Source: Escherichia phage ECO4. Taken from it: a DNA stretch of 64,000 nucleotides. Under the pieces are notes generated by a model that had not been told where the DNA came from, ran no database searches, and worked only from the letters and a program-made list of their open reading frames with translations. The position numbers and the translations under genes are program-made. The stretch's first letter is position 1. Every line of letters begins with the position of its first letter. Location of the stretch: the sequence record NC_054911.1. One strand, written 5' to 3'. Below are positions 1 to 13,360 of this stretch, piece after piece.

Positions 1-1
1 C

Positions 2-2371
<2,370 letters not shown>

Positions 2372-2399
2372 TATTAAAGCATATTAAAGAGGATTAAAA

Positions 2400-4379
2400 A
2401 TGACTTTATTATCTCCGGGCATTGAGCTCAAAGAAACTACGGTTCAAAGCACCGTGGTTAATAACTCTACTGGTACAGCAGCTTTGGCCGGTAAATTCCA
2501 GTGGGGTCCTGCTTTTCAGATCAAACAGGTTACAAATGAAGTAGATTTAGTTAATACTTTTGGTCAACCTACAGCTGAAACTGCTGACTATTTTATGTCT
2601 GCAATGAATTTCTTGCAGTACGGAAATGACTTACGAGTAGTTCGTGCTGTTGATAGAGATACCGCTAAAAACTCATCTCCGATTGCTGGTAATATTGAAT
2701 ACACAATTTCTACCCCAGGTAGTAACTATGCAGTTGGAGATAAAATCACGGTCAAATATGTTTCAGATGATATTGAAACTGAAGGTAAAATTACTGAAGT
2801 AGACGCAGATGGAAAAATTAAGAAAATTAATATTCCTACTGCAAAAATTATCGCTAAAGCAAAAGAAGTTGGTGAATATCCAACACTAGGTTCTAATTGG
2901 ACTGCAGAAATTTCTTCATCTTCTTCCGGTTTAGCTGCAGTAATAACTCTTGGAAAAATTATTACTGATTCCGGTATTTTATTAGCTGAAATCGAAAGCG
3001 CTGAAACTGCTATGACAGCAGTTGATTTTCAGGCAAATCTTGAAAAATATGGAATTCCAGGAGTAGTAGCTCTCTATCCAGGCGAATTAGGCGATAAAAT
3101 TGAAATTGAAATCGTATCTAAAGCTGACTATGCGAAAGGCGCTTCTGCATTACTCCCAATTTATCCAGGTGGTGGTACTCGTGCATCTACTGCTAAAGCG
3201 GTGTTTGGATATGGACCACAAACTGATTCACAGTACGCTATTATAGTTCGTCGAAATGATGCTATTGTTCAAAGCGTTGTTCTTTCAACTAAGCGTGGTG
3301 AAAAAGATATTTACGATAGTAACATCTATATCGATGACTTTTTCGCAAAAGGTGGTTCAGAATATATTTTTGCAACTGCACAAAACTGGCCAGAAGGCTT
3401 CTCTGGAATTTTAACTCTGTCTGGTGGATTATCATCAAATGCTGAAGTAACAGCAGGAGATTTGATGGAAGCTTGGGACTTCTTTGCTGACCGTGAATCT
3501 GTTGACGTTCAGTTGTTTATTGCGGGTTCTTGTGCCGGTGAATCTTTAGAAACAGCATCTACTGTCCAAAAACACGTCGTTTCAATTGGTGATGCTCGCC
3601 AGGATTGCTTAGTATTGTGCTCACCACCGCGTGAAACTGTAGTTGGAATTCCTGTAACCCGTGCTGTTGATAACTTAGTCAATTGGAGAACTGCAGCAGG
3701 TTCATATACTGATAATAACTTTAATATTAGTTCAACCTACGCAGCAATTGATGGTAACTACAAATATCAGTATGACAAATATAATGATGTGAATCGTTGG
3801 GTTCCATTAGCAGCTGATATTGCTGGTTTATGCGCGAGAACCGATAACGTTTCTCAGACTTGGATGTCTCCAGCTGGTTATAATCGTGGCCAGATTCTTA
3901 ACGTTATTAAACTTGCTATTGAAACTCGCCAGGCTCAGCGCGACCGTTTATACCAAGAAGCTATCAACCCGGTAACTGGTACAGGTGGTGATGGTTACGT
4001 ATTGTATGGTGATAAAACAGCTACTTCTGTTCCTTCTCCATTTGATCGTATTAACGTTCGTCGTCTGTTTAATATGTTGAAAACGAATATCGGACGTAGT
4101 TCAAAATATCGTTTGTTCGAATTAAACAATGCGTTTACTCGTTCTTCATTCCGTACAGAAACTGCTCAGTACTTGCAAGGAATTAAAGCTCTTGGCGGAA
4201 TTTATGAATATCGTGTAGTTTGCGATACAACAAATAACACTCCGTCAGTAATTGATAGAAATGAGTTTGTTGCAACATTCTACATCCAACCGGCGCGCAG
4301 TATAAATTATATCCAGCTTAACTTCGTTGCGACTGCTACTGGTGCAGATTTCGATGAGTTAACTGGTCTTGCTGGTTAA
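2400..4379 (+). CDS. 18: tail sheath protein gp18
   Basis: 659 aa as in T4 gp18; follows terminase. Confidence 0.9.
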   Translation: MTLLSPGIELKETTVQSTVVNNSTGTAALAGKFQWGPAFQIKQVTNEVDLVNTFGQPTAETADYFMSAMNFLQYGNDLRVVRAVDRDTAKNSSPIAGNIEYTISTPGSNYAVGDKITVKYVSDDIETEGKITEVDADGKIKKINIPTAKIIAKAKEVGEYPTLGSNWTAEISSSSSGLAAVITLGKIITDSGILLAEIESAETAMTAVDFQANLEKYGIPGVVALYPGELGDKIEIEIVSKADYAKGASALLPIYPGGGTRASTAKAVFGYGPQTDSQYAIIVRRNDAIVQSVVLSTKRGEKDIYDSNIYIDDFFAKGGSEYIFATAQNWPEGFSGILTLSGGLSSNAEVTAGDLMEAWDFFADRESVDVQLFIAGSCAGESLETASTVQKHVVSIGDARQDCLVLCSPPRETVVGIPVTRAVDNLVNWRTAAGSYTDNNFNISSTYAAIDGNYKYQYDKYNDVNRWVPLAADIAGLCARTDNVSQTWMSPAGYNRGQILNVIKLAIETRQAQRDRLYQEAINPVTGTGGDGYVLYGDKTATSVPSPFDRINVRRLFNMLKTNIGRSSKYRLFELNNAFTRSSFRTETAQYLQGIKALGGIYEYRVVCDTTNNTPSVIDRNEFVATFYIQPARSINYIQLNFVATATGADFDELTGLAG

Positions 4380-4395
4380 TACGGTGCATTCTAAA

Positions 4396-4413
4396 GGCCT
4401 GTTTCGACAGGCC
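4396..4413 (+). terminator. stem-loop GGCCTG-N6-CAGGCC downstream of gene 18
   Basis: Inverted repeat seen directly; no strong U-tract, so weak terminator or RNA-stability hairpin. Confidence 0.35.
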
Positions 4414-4473
4414 ATATAAATACACTATATCCTTAATTCTTTAATTCTATATGCCCTAGGTTAAACATAGGGA

Positions 4474-4481
4474 TATAAATA
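4474..4481 (+). promoter_or_regulatory. late promoter TATAAATA upstream of gene 19 (second copy at 4415..4422)
   Basis: Exact TATAAATA 15 nt upstream of gene 19 ATG. Confidence 0.65.
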
Positions 4482-4495
4482 CTACAGAGGCTAAT

Positions 4496-4987
4496 ATGTT
4501 TGTAGATGATGTAACACGAGCGTTTGAATCTGGTGATTTTGCTCGACCTAACTTATTCCAAGTAGAAATTTCTTATCTTGGACAAAATTTTACGTTCCAA
4601 TGTAAAGCCACTGCTTTACCAGCTGGTATTGTAGAAAAAATTCCAGTCGGATTTATGAACCGTAAAATTAACGTAGCAGGTGATCGTACATTCGATGACT
4701 GGACTGTTACAGTAATGAACGATGAAGCTCATGATGCTCGCCAGAAGTTTGTTGATTGGCAAAGCATTGCTGCTGGTCAAGGAAACGAAATTACTGGTGG
4801 AAAACCTGCAGAGTATAAAAAGAGCGCTATTGTTCGTCAATATGCTCGTGATGCTAAAACAGTAACAAAAGAAATTGAAATTAAAGGTCTGTGGCCTACT
4901 AACGTGGGTGAACTTCAATTAGATTGGGATTCAAACAATGAAATCCAAACCTTTGAAGTAACTCTTGCTCTCGATTATTGGGAATAA
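4496..4987 (+). CDS. 19: tail tube protein gp19
   Basis: 163 aa as in T4 gp19; between sheath and portal genes. Confidence 0.9.
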   Translation: MFVDDVTRAFESGDFARPNLFQVEISYLGQNFTFQCKATALPAGIVEKIPVGFMNRKINVAGDRTFDDWTVTVMNDEAHDARQKFVDWQSIAAGQGNEITGGKPAEYKKSAIVRQYARDAKTVTKEIEIKGLWPTNVGELQLDWDSNNEIQTFEVTLALDYWE

Positions 4988-5019
4988 AATGAATGGGGAG
5001 AAATCCCCATCCTGCTTAA

Positions 5020-6644
<1,625 letters not shown>

Positions 6645-6645
<1 letters not shown>

Positions 6646-6893
6646 TGGAAGGTTTAATTGAAGCTATTAAATCAAACGACCTCGTAGCCGCTCGTAAATT
6701 ATTTGCTGAAGCCATGGCTGCAAGAACGATTGATTTAATTAAAGAAGAAAAAATCGCTATCGCTCGTAATTTCTTAATTGAAGGTGAAGAACCTGAAGAC
6801 GAGGATGAAGATGATGACGAAGATGGTGATGATAAAGACGACAAAAAAGACAAAGACTCTGACGAAGATGACGAAGACGAGGATGATGAATAA
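6645..6893 (+). CDS. 67: prohead core protein gp67 with acidic C-terminal tail
   Basis: 82 aa, Asp/Glu-rich C-terminus; position between 20 and 68. Confidence 0.8.
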
Positions 6894-7318
6894 TGCTTCT
6901 GATCCCTGAAACTCATGAATTAGTTCTCGAGAATGTCGAAGCACTTATTCCTGAAGCACAGGGTCGCTTTGACGAATTGTCTTCTGCTTTAAATAAAGAC
7001 GATATAAATACAATTGTCGAGAATATGCTTGATGATGAAACTGATTTAGCAGTTGCATTAGCTTCTATTAATGAAAATATGCCGTTAAATGAATTCATCG
7101 TTAAACATGTTTCTGCCCGTGGTGAAATTACTCGCACTAAAGATCGCAAAACCCGCGAACGAAATGCATTTCAAACCACCGGGCTGTCTAAAGCAAAACG
7201 TAGACAAATTGCTCGTAAAGCTACCAAAACGAAGATTGCCAATCCAGCAGGTCAATCTCGTGCTCAGCGTAAGCGTAAAAAAGCTCTTAAACGCCGTAAA
7301 GCATTAGGATTAAGCTAA
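6893..7318 (+). CDS. 68: prohead core protein gp68
   Basis: 141 aa, basic C-terminus; position before protease gene 21. Confidence 0.8.
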
Positions 7319-7956
7319 TGAATGAACCCCAATTACTAATTGAAACTTGGGGTCAACCTGGCGAAATTATTGATGGTGTGCCAATGCTTGAATCCCACGA
7401 TGGAAAAGACCTAGGTTTAAAACCGGGTTTATACATCGAAGGAATATTCATGCAAGCGGAAGTCGTCAATAGAAATAAACGTCTTTATCCAAAACGCATA
7501 TTAGAAAAAGCGGTAAAAGACTATATCAATGAGCAAGTTTTAACTAAACAAGCTCTCGGAGAATTAAATCATCCTCCACGCGCTAATGTTGACCCGATGC
7601 AAGCCGCTATCATTATAGAAGATATGTGGTGGAAAGGAAATGACGTATACGGACGAGCTCGTGTTATTGAAGGTGACCATGGTCCTGGAGATAAATTAGC
7701 AGCTAATATTCGTGCCGGATGGATTCCAGGAGTTTCTTCTCGTGGATTAGGTTCATTGACTGACACAAATAAAGGTTATCGTATCGTAAACGAAGGATTC
7801 AAATTAACTGTAGGTGTTGATGCAGTATGGGGTCCAAGTGCTCCAGATGCATGGGTAACTCCTAAGGAAATTACCGAATCACAGACGGCGGAAGCCGATA
7901 CAAGTGCCGATGACGCCTATATGGCTCTCGCAGAGGCCATGAAAAAAGCGTTATAA
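7318..7956 (+). CDS. 21: prohead core protease gp21
   Basis: 212 aa as in T4 gp21; position. Confidence 0.9.
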   Translation: MNEPQLLIETWGQPGEIIDGVPMLESHDGKDLGLKPGLYIEGIFMQAEVVNRNKRLYPKRILEKAVKDYINEQVLTKQALGELNHPPRANVDPMQAAIIIEDMWWKGNDVYGRARVIEGDHGPGDKLAANIRAGWIPGVSSRGLGSLTDTNKGYRIVNEGFKLTVGVDAVWGPSAPDAWVTPKEITESQTAEADTSADDAYMALAEAMKKAL

Positions 7957-7959
7957 ATA
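7952..7959 (+). promoter_or_regulatory. late promoter TATAAATA upstream of gene 22
   Basis: Exact TATAAATA overlapping gene 21 stop, 28 nt before gene 22 ATG. Confidence 0.6.
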
Positions 7960-7986
7960 TTATTATCTAAACAACAGGACTACAAA

Positions 7987-8796
7987 ATGCTTAAAGAACA
8001 ACTGATTGCCGAAGCGCAGAAAATTGATGCTTCCGTTGCTCTTGATAGTATTTTCGAATCAGTTAATATTTCTCCGGAAGCAAAAGAAACTTTCGGCACT
8101 GTATTCGAAGCTACCGTCAAGCAGCACGCCGTTAAATTAGCTGAATCTCATATCGCTAAAATTGCTGAAAAAGCAGAAGAAGAAGTAGAAAAAAATAAAG
8201 AAGAAGCAGAAGAAAAAGCTGAGAAGAAAATCGCTGAGCAAGCTTCTAAATTCCTTGACCATCTTGCAAAAGAATGGCTCACTGAAAATAAATTAGCAGT
8301 AGATAAAGGTATCAAAGCCGAACTGTTTGAATCCATGCTTGGTGGATTGAAAGAGCTCTTCGTTGAACACAACGTTGTTGTTCCAGAAGAATCAGTTGAT
8401 GTTGTAGCTGAAATGGAAGAAGAGCTGCAAGAACATAAAGAAGAATCAGCTCGTCTGTTCGAAGAACTCAATAAGCGTGACGCATATATCAATTATGTGC
8501 AGCGTGAAGTGGCATTGAGCGAAAGTACTAAAGATCTGACTGAGTCTCAAAAAGAAAAAGTCTCTGCTCTGGTCGAAGGTATTGATTATTCAGATGCATT
8601 CTCAAGCAAATTGAGTGCCATCGTAGAAATGGTGAAGAAATCTAATAAAGATGAAAGCACTATTACTGAGAGTATAAATACTCCTGATACTGAAGCAGCC
8701 GGACTGAATTTCGTCACTGAAGCTGTAGAAGATAAATCTGCACAAGGTGCAGAAGATATTGTAAGTGTATATGCGAAAGTCGCATCTCGTTTCTAA
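7987..8796 (+). CDS. 22: prohead core scaffold protein gp22
   Basis: 269 aa, Glu/Lys-rich coiled-coil-like; position before gene 23. Confidence 0.9.
   Translation: MLKEQLIAEAQKIDASVALDSIFESVNISPEAKETFGTVFEATVKQHAVKLAESHIAKIAEKAEEEVEKNKEEAEEKAEKKIAEQASKFLDHLAKEWLTENKLAVDKGIKAELFESMLGGLKELFVEHNVVVPEESVDVVAEMEEELQEHKEESARLFEELNKRDAYINYVQREVALSESTKDLTESQKEKVSALVEGIDYSDAFSSKLSAIVEMVKKSNKDESTITESINTPDTEAAGLNFVTEAVEDKSAQGAEDIVSVYAKVASRF
8673..8680 (+). promoter_or_regulatory. late promoter TATAAATA inside 3' end of gene 22 (candidate P23)
   Basis: Exact TATAAATA about 135 nt upstream of gene 23 ATG. Confidence 0.5.
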
Positions 8797-8814
8797 TTTT
8801 AAAGGTTAACACAA

Positions 8815-10380
8815 ATGACTATCAAAACTAAAGCTGAACTTTTGAACAAATGGAAGCCATTACTGGAAGGTGAAGGTTTACCGGAAATTGCTAATAGCAA
8901 ACAAGCGATTATCGCTAAAATCTTTGAAAACCAGGAAAAAGATTTCCAGACAGCTCCGGAATATAAAGACGAAAAAATTGCTCAGGCATTCGGTTCTTTC
9001 TTAACAGAAGCTGAAATTGGTGGTGACCACGGTTACAATGCTACCAACATCGCTGCAGGTCAGACTTCTGGCGCAGTAACTCAGATTGGCCCAGCTGTTA
9101 TGGGTATGGTACGTCGTGCTATTCCTAACCTGATTGCTTTCGATATTTGTGGTGTTCAGCCAATGAACAGCCCGACTGGCCAGGTATTCGCGCTGCGCGC
9201 AGTATATGGTAAAGATCCAATCGCTTCCGGCGCTAAAGAAGCATTCCACCCAATGTATGGTCCAGATGCAATGTTCTCTGGTCAGGGTGCTGCTAAGAAA
9301 TTCCCAGCTCTGGCTGCTAGTACTGAAACTGTTGTAGGTGATATCTATACTCACTTCTTCCAGGAAACCGGTACTGTATATCTGCAAGCTTCAGCTGTTG
9401 TGACAATTGATTCTAGTGCAAATGATGCAGCTAAATTAGATGCTGAAATTAAGAAACAAATGGAAGCAGGTGTACTGGTAGAAATCGCTGAAGGTATGGC
9501 TACTTCTATCGCTGAACTCCAGGAAGGTTTTAACGGTTCTACCGATAACCCATGGAATGAAATGGGCTTCCGTATCGATAAGCAAGTTATCGAAGCTAAA
9601 TCTCGTCAGCTGAAAGCTGCTTACTCTATTGAATTAGCACAAGACCTCCGTGCTGTTCACGGTATGGATGCTGATGCTGAACTGTCTGGTATTCTGGCTA
9701 CCGAAATCATGCTGGAAATCAACCGCGAAGTTGTTGATTGGATTAACTACTCAGCTCAGGTTGGTAAATCTGGTATGACCCTGACTCCAGGTTCTAAAGC
9801 TGGTGTATTTGACTTCCAGGATCCGATTGATATTCGTGGTGCTCGCTGGGCGGGTGAATCCTTTAAAGCTCTGTTGTTCCAGATTGACAAAGAAGCAGTT
9901 GAAATTGCTCGTCAGACCGGTCGTGGTGAAGGTAACTTCATTATCGCTTCCCGTAACGTAGTTAACGTTCTGGCTTCAGTTGATACCGGCATTTCTTATG
10001 CTGCACAGGGTCTGGCTACCGGCTTTAACACTGATACTACCAAGTCAGTATTTGCTGGTGTTCTGGGTGGTAAATACCGCGTATATATCGACCAGTATGC
10101 TAAACAAGATTATTTCACTGTAGGTTATAAAGGTCCGAACGAAATGGATGCTGGTATTTACTATGCTCCATATGTAGCTCTGACTCCGCTGCGTGGTTCC
10201 GATCCGAAGAACTTCCAACCAGTAATGGGATTCAAAACTCGTTACGGTATCGGTATCAACCCATTTGCAGAATCCGCTGCTCAGGCTCCGGCTTCTCGCA
10301 TCCAGAGCGGTATGCCTTCTATCCTGAACAGCCTTGGTAAAAACGCTTACTTCCGCCGTGTATATGTTAAAGGTATCTAA
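8815..10380 (+). CDS. 23: major capsid protein gp23
   Basis: 521 aa as in T4 gp23; higher GC and codon bias typical of a highly expressed gene. Confidence 0.95.
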   Translation: MTIKTKAELLNKWKPLLEGEGLPEIANSKQAIIAKIFENQEKDFQTAPEYKDEKIAQAFGSFLTEAEIGGDHGYNATNIAAGQTSGAVTQIGPAVMGMVRRAIPNLIAFDICGVQPMNSPTGQVFALRAVYGKDPIASGAKEAFHPMYGPDAMFSGQGAAKKFPALAASTETVVGDIYTHFFQETGTVYLQASAVVTIDSSANDAAKLDAEIKKQMEAGVLVEIAEGMATSIAELQEGFNGSTDNPWNEMGFRIDKQVIEAKSRQLKAAYSIELAQDLRAVHGMDADAELSGILATEIMLEINREVVDWINYSAQVGKSGMTLTPGSKAGVFDFQDPIDIRGARWAGESFKALLFQIDKEAVEIARQTGRGEGNFIIASRNVVNVLASVDTGISYAAQGLATGFNTDTTKSVFAGVLGGKYRVYIDQYAKQDYFTVGYKGPNEMDAGIYYAPYVALTPLRGSDPKNFQPVMGFKTRYGIGINPFAESAAQAPASRIQSGMPSILNSLGKNAYFRRVYVKGI

Positions 10381-10394
10381 TCTTTGACGATTTA

Positions 10395-10420
10395 AGGGAC
10401 CTTCGGGTCCCTTTAGTTGT
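10395..10420 (+). terminator. rho-independent terminator after gene 23
   Basis: AGGGACC-TTCG-GGTCCCT hairpin followed by T-rich run. Confidence 0.7.
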
Positions 10421-10428
10421 TTTTATGG

Positions 10429-10436
10429 TATAAATA
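10429..10436 (+). promoter_or_regulatory. late promoter TATAAATA upstream of gene 24
   Basis: Exact TATAAATA 28 nt upstream of gene 24 ATG. Confidence 0.6.
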
Positions 10437-10463
10437 AATCATATAAACTGAAAGGAAAGCGCA

Positions 10464-11747
10464 ATGGCTAAAATCAACGAACTTCTGCGCGAATCAACCA
10501 CAACGAATAGCAACTCAATCGGTCGCCCAAATCTCGTTGCTTTGACTCGCGCTACCACTAAATTAATATATTCTGACATTGTAGCAACGCAAAGAACTAA
10601 TCAACCTGTTGCTGCTTTTTATGGTATCAAATACCTTAACCCAGACAATGAATTTACATTTAAAACTGGTGCTACTTATGCTGGCGAAGCTGGATATGTA
10701 GACCGAGAACAAATCACAGAATTAACGGAAGAGTCTAAATTAACTCTTAATAAAGGCGATTTATTCAAATATAATAATATCGTTTATAAAGTATTAGAAG
10801 ATACACCATTTGCTGATATTGAAGAAAGTGATTTAGAATTAGCTCTTCAGATTGCAATTGTTCTTTTAAAGGTTCGTCTATTTTCTGACGCAGCGTCAAC
10901 AAGCAAATTTGAAAGCTCTGATAGTGAAATTGCGGATGCTAGATTCCAGATTAATAAATGGCAAACCGCAGTTAAATCTCGTAAACTTAAAACTGGTATC
11001 ACAGTTGAATTAGCACAAGATTTAGAAGCAAATGGATTCGATGCTCCTAATTTCTTAGAAGATTTGCTTGCAACTGAAATGGCAGATGAAATCAATAAAG
11101 ATATTCTGCAGTCTTTGATTACAGTATCAAAACGTTATAAAGTTACAGGAATTACTGATACTGGATTCATTGATTTGAGTTATGCATCTGCACCTGAAGC
11201 TGGTCGTTCATTATACCGAATGGTATGTGAAATGGTTTCGCATATCCAAAAAGAATCAACTTATACAGCAACGTTTTGTGTTGCTTCAGCTCGTGCCGCT
11301 GCGATTCTTGCTGCATCTGGTTGGTTAAAACATAAACCAGAAGATGATAAATATCTTTCACAAAATGCCTACGGGTTCTTAGCTAATGGTTTACCGCTTT
11401 ATTGCGATACTAACAGCCCATTAGATTATGTAATCGTTGGCGTAGTAGAAAATATCGGTGAAAAAGAAATTGTTGGATCAATTTTCTATGCTCCGTATAC
11501 AGAAGGTCTCGACTTAGATGACCCTGAACATGTAGGTGCATTTAAAGTTGTTGTTGATCCAGAAAGCTTACAACCGTCTATCGGTTTATTAGTTAGATAT
11601 GCTTTATCTGCAAATCCTTATACCGTAGCAAAAGATGAAAAAGAAGCAAGAGTAATTGATGGTGGAGACATGGATAAAATGGCGGGTCGTTCAGATTTGT
11701 CTGTTTTATTAGGTGTTAAGCTACCAAAAATTATTATCGATGAATAA
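10464..11747 (+). CDS. 24: capsid vertex protein gp24
   Basis: 427 aa as in T4 gp24; follows gene 23. Confidence 0.9.
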   Translation: MAKINELLRESTTTNSNSIGRPNLVALTRATTKLIYSDIVATQRTNQPVAAFYGIKYLNPDNEFTFKTGATYAGEAGYVDREQITELTEESKLTLNKGDLFKYNNIVYKVLEDTPFADIEESDLELALQIAIVLLKVRLFSDAASTSKFESSDSEIADARFQINKWQTAVKSRKLKTGITVELAQDLEANGFDAPNFLEDLLATEMADEINKDILQSLITVSKRYKVTGITDTGFIDLSYASAPEAGRSLYRMVCEMVSHIQKESTYTATFCVASARAAAILAASGWLKHKPEDDKYLSQNAYGFLANGLPLYCDTNSPLDYVIVGVVENIGEKEIVGSIFYAPYTEGLDLDDPEHVGAFKVVVDPESLQPSIGLLVRYALSANPYTVAKDEKEARVIDGGDMDKMAGRSDLSVLLGVKLPKIIIDE

Positions 11748-11752
11748 AACAA

Positions 11753-11778
11753 AGGGACCTTTCGGTCCCTTTTTATTT
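11753..11778. terminator. bidirectional terminator between convergent gene 24 and rnlB
   Basis: AGGGACC-TTTC-GGTCCCT hairpin flanked by A-run upstream and T-run downstream. Confidence 0.75.
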
Positions 11779-12781
11779 AGCTCACCAACTCAATCCAAGC
11801 CGGACGAAGTACATCTTGTACCATTTTAACTAATTCCTTTTTAATCAAAGAAGGATTATCTGCTTGAGTTAGAGTAATACCTTCACGAGAAGTTTCTTCC
11901 AAAATATCTTGGACAGTTAGCCCCATCACCTTTCCAAAATCCTTTGGACCAATTTCGCCAATTTTAGAAATAACGTTATTTACTCGGTTCAGTGTAACGT
12001 AACAAGCTAAAATTCCCACCAATTTGTTATCAGCTTCTGACAATTCAACTTTAGCTTTAATAGGCTTATCAGACTTTTTCTTTTCACTAAATTTAGAATT
12101 CTTGCATTTGATGGCTACACGATTGCGATTAGGCAGCCAAGAAGGCTAACAAGGTTTCAATACATATCCTTCAGCGGTAAATACTTCGCCTTTGGCTTCG
12201 GCATTCCAAACGCATTTATTTGCATCAACTAATCCAGCATGGTCTACTGTAAAATTATAATCTTGGACGACAGAATCTAAATCATTTGGCAATTTAATAA
12301 GCTCTTCAAATTTACCGCGACCTAAAAGTGGAGCCATTTTAAATTTAAATGTATTGCAGAATGATTCCATCATATAATCATCGACATAAGTCACGTCACC
12401 ACTTTCTGTAGTGACAATAATGTCAAATACATAAAAATCTTTATCACCATAATCAACATTCTTCTGAATGCCAGGTCCAGCGAATTCGCCAAAAACTTGA
12501 TAAGTCACAACAGCTGAAGTTTCCATAATATCTTGTACTGCTTTAATGGAATCAGCGTAATTCTTTAGAATAATTTCATACCCAAAGAAATCTTCAGCAG
12601 GAAGAATCGGTCCAGTACGTTTAGCGCAAGTTACTTTATCACGCTCAATAATCAATGAGAAATTTGTGCCGTGAATCTTTTCACGAGCTACCCATTCGCC
12701 GCCAGTCAATCCCAAGCTATAAAGTTTTTCAATAAATTTAGAGTTGTAATGATTTTCAAGACTGCTATACTTTTTAAACAT
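11777..12781 (-). pseudogene. rnlB: RNA ligase 2 (rnlB) interrupted by an in-frame TAG at 12146..12148
   Basis: N-terminal 211-aa ORF (KIHG nucleotidyltransferase motif) and C-terminal 88-aa ORF are in one frame separated only by a TAG; read through gives 334 codons. Confidence 0.75.
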
Positions 12782-12790
12782 AATTAATCC

Positions 12791-13069
12791 TCAAAATGTA
12801 ATTTCTAACCAATCACCATCACGCTGATCACTATTGACTTTAAAATTAAATCCTTCTTTTCTCAGCCAATCACCAATTTCTTCAGTAATCAATTTATCAC
12901 GAGCAGTACAATAATAACTAAAATATGTTTTACCTTGTTCAGCTGCTTTATTAGCAAGTTCTGAAAAATCTTTAATAAAACACTCTAGTTTAAACTGTTT
13001 ACTTTTTAATGCTTTTTCACGTAATTGATTAGCAAAAGATTCATTTTCATAAAGATCATACTGTTCCAT
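12791..13069 (-). CDS. hypothetical protein (positional equivalent of T4 24.2)
   Basis: 92-aa ORF in tight early-gene array; no motif recognised. Confidence 0.55.
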   Translation of the reverse strand: MEQYDLYENESFANQLREKALKSKQFKLECFIKDFSELANKAAEQGKTYFSYYCTARDKLITEEIGDWLRKEGFNFKVNSDQRDGDWLEITF

Positions 13070-13271
13070 TTTTCACCTTTTTATTAATGTGTCTTTTTCT
13101 ATAGACAACTTTTTCTCGAGTCTCAAATTTATTCTTTGCAGTCATAGCTCGAGCCCATAATACAGCCACTTCTTTCGCCTGTAAGTTTAATTCACGAGCA
13201 ATTTCAATGAATGACTTTCCAGACTCATGAAGTGTAAACACCACAACTTCAGTTCTCATAATCAATCTCAT
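13056..13271 (-). CDS. small putative helix-turn-helix protein
   Basis: 71-aa ORF; segment GKSFIEIARELNLQAKEV resembles an HTH; start uncertain. Confidence 0.5.
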   Translation of the reverse strand: MRLIMRTEVVVFTLHESGKSFIEIARELNLQAKEVAVLWARAMTAKNKFETREKVVYRKRHINKKVKNGTV

Positions 13272-13327
13272 GTTATCGAGTTGGTGCCATTATATACATC
13301 ATTTTCTGATTGTGTTTTGTGTGCTTT

Positions 13328-13355
13328 CAAAATGAAGAAAGGGGCCGAAGCCCCT
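13328..13355 (-). terminator. rho-independent terminator downstream of hoc
   Basis: GGGGC-CGAA-GCCCC hairpin followed by T-rich run on the minus strand. Confidence 0.65.
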
Positions 13356-13360
13356 TTCGA

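Noticed and set aside
6787-6890. GA-rich low-complexity stretch considered as a possible repeat or mobile element
   Set aside because: It simply encodes the Asp/Glu-rich C-terminal tail of the prohead core protein gp67.
12146-12781. Treating the 211-aa and 88-aa ORFs as two separate genes, or as a frameshifted gene
   Set aside because: Both are in the same frame separated by a single TAG with no indel; they are one rnlB gene with an amber codon.
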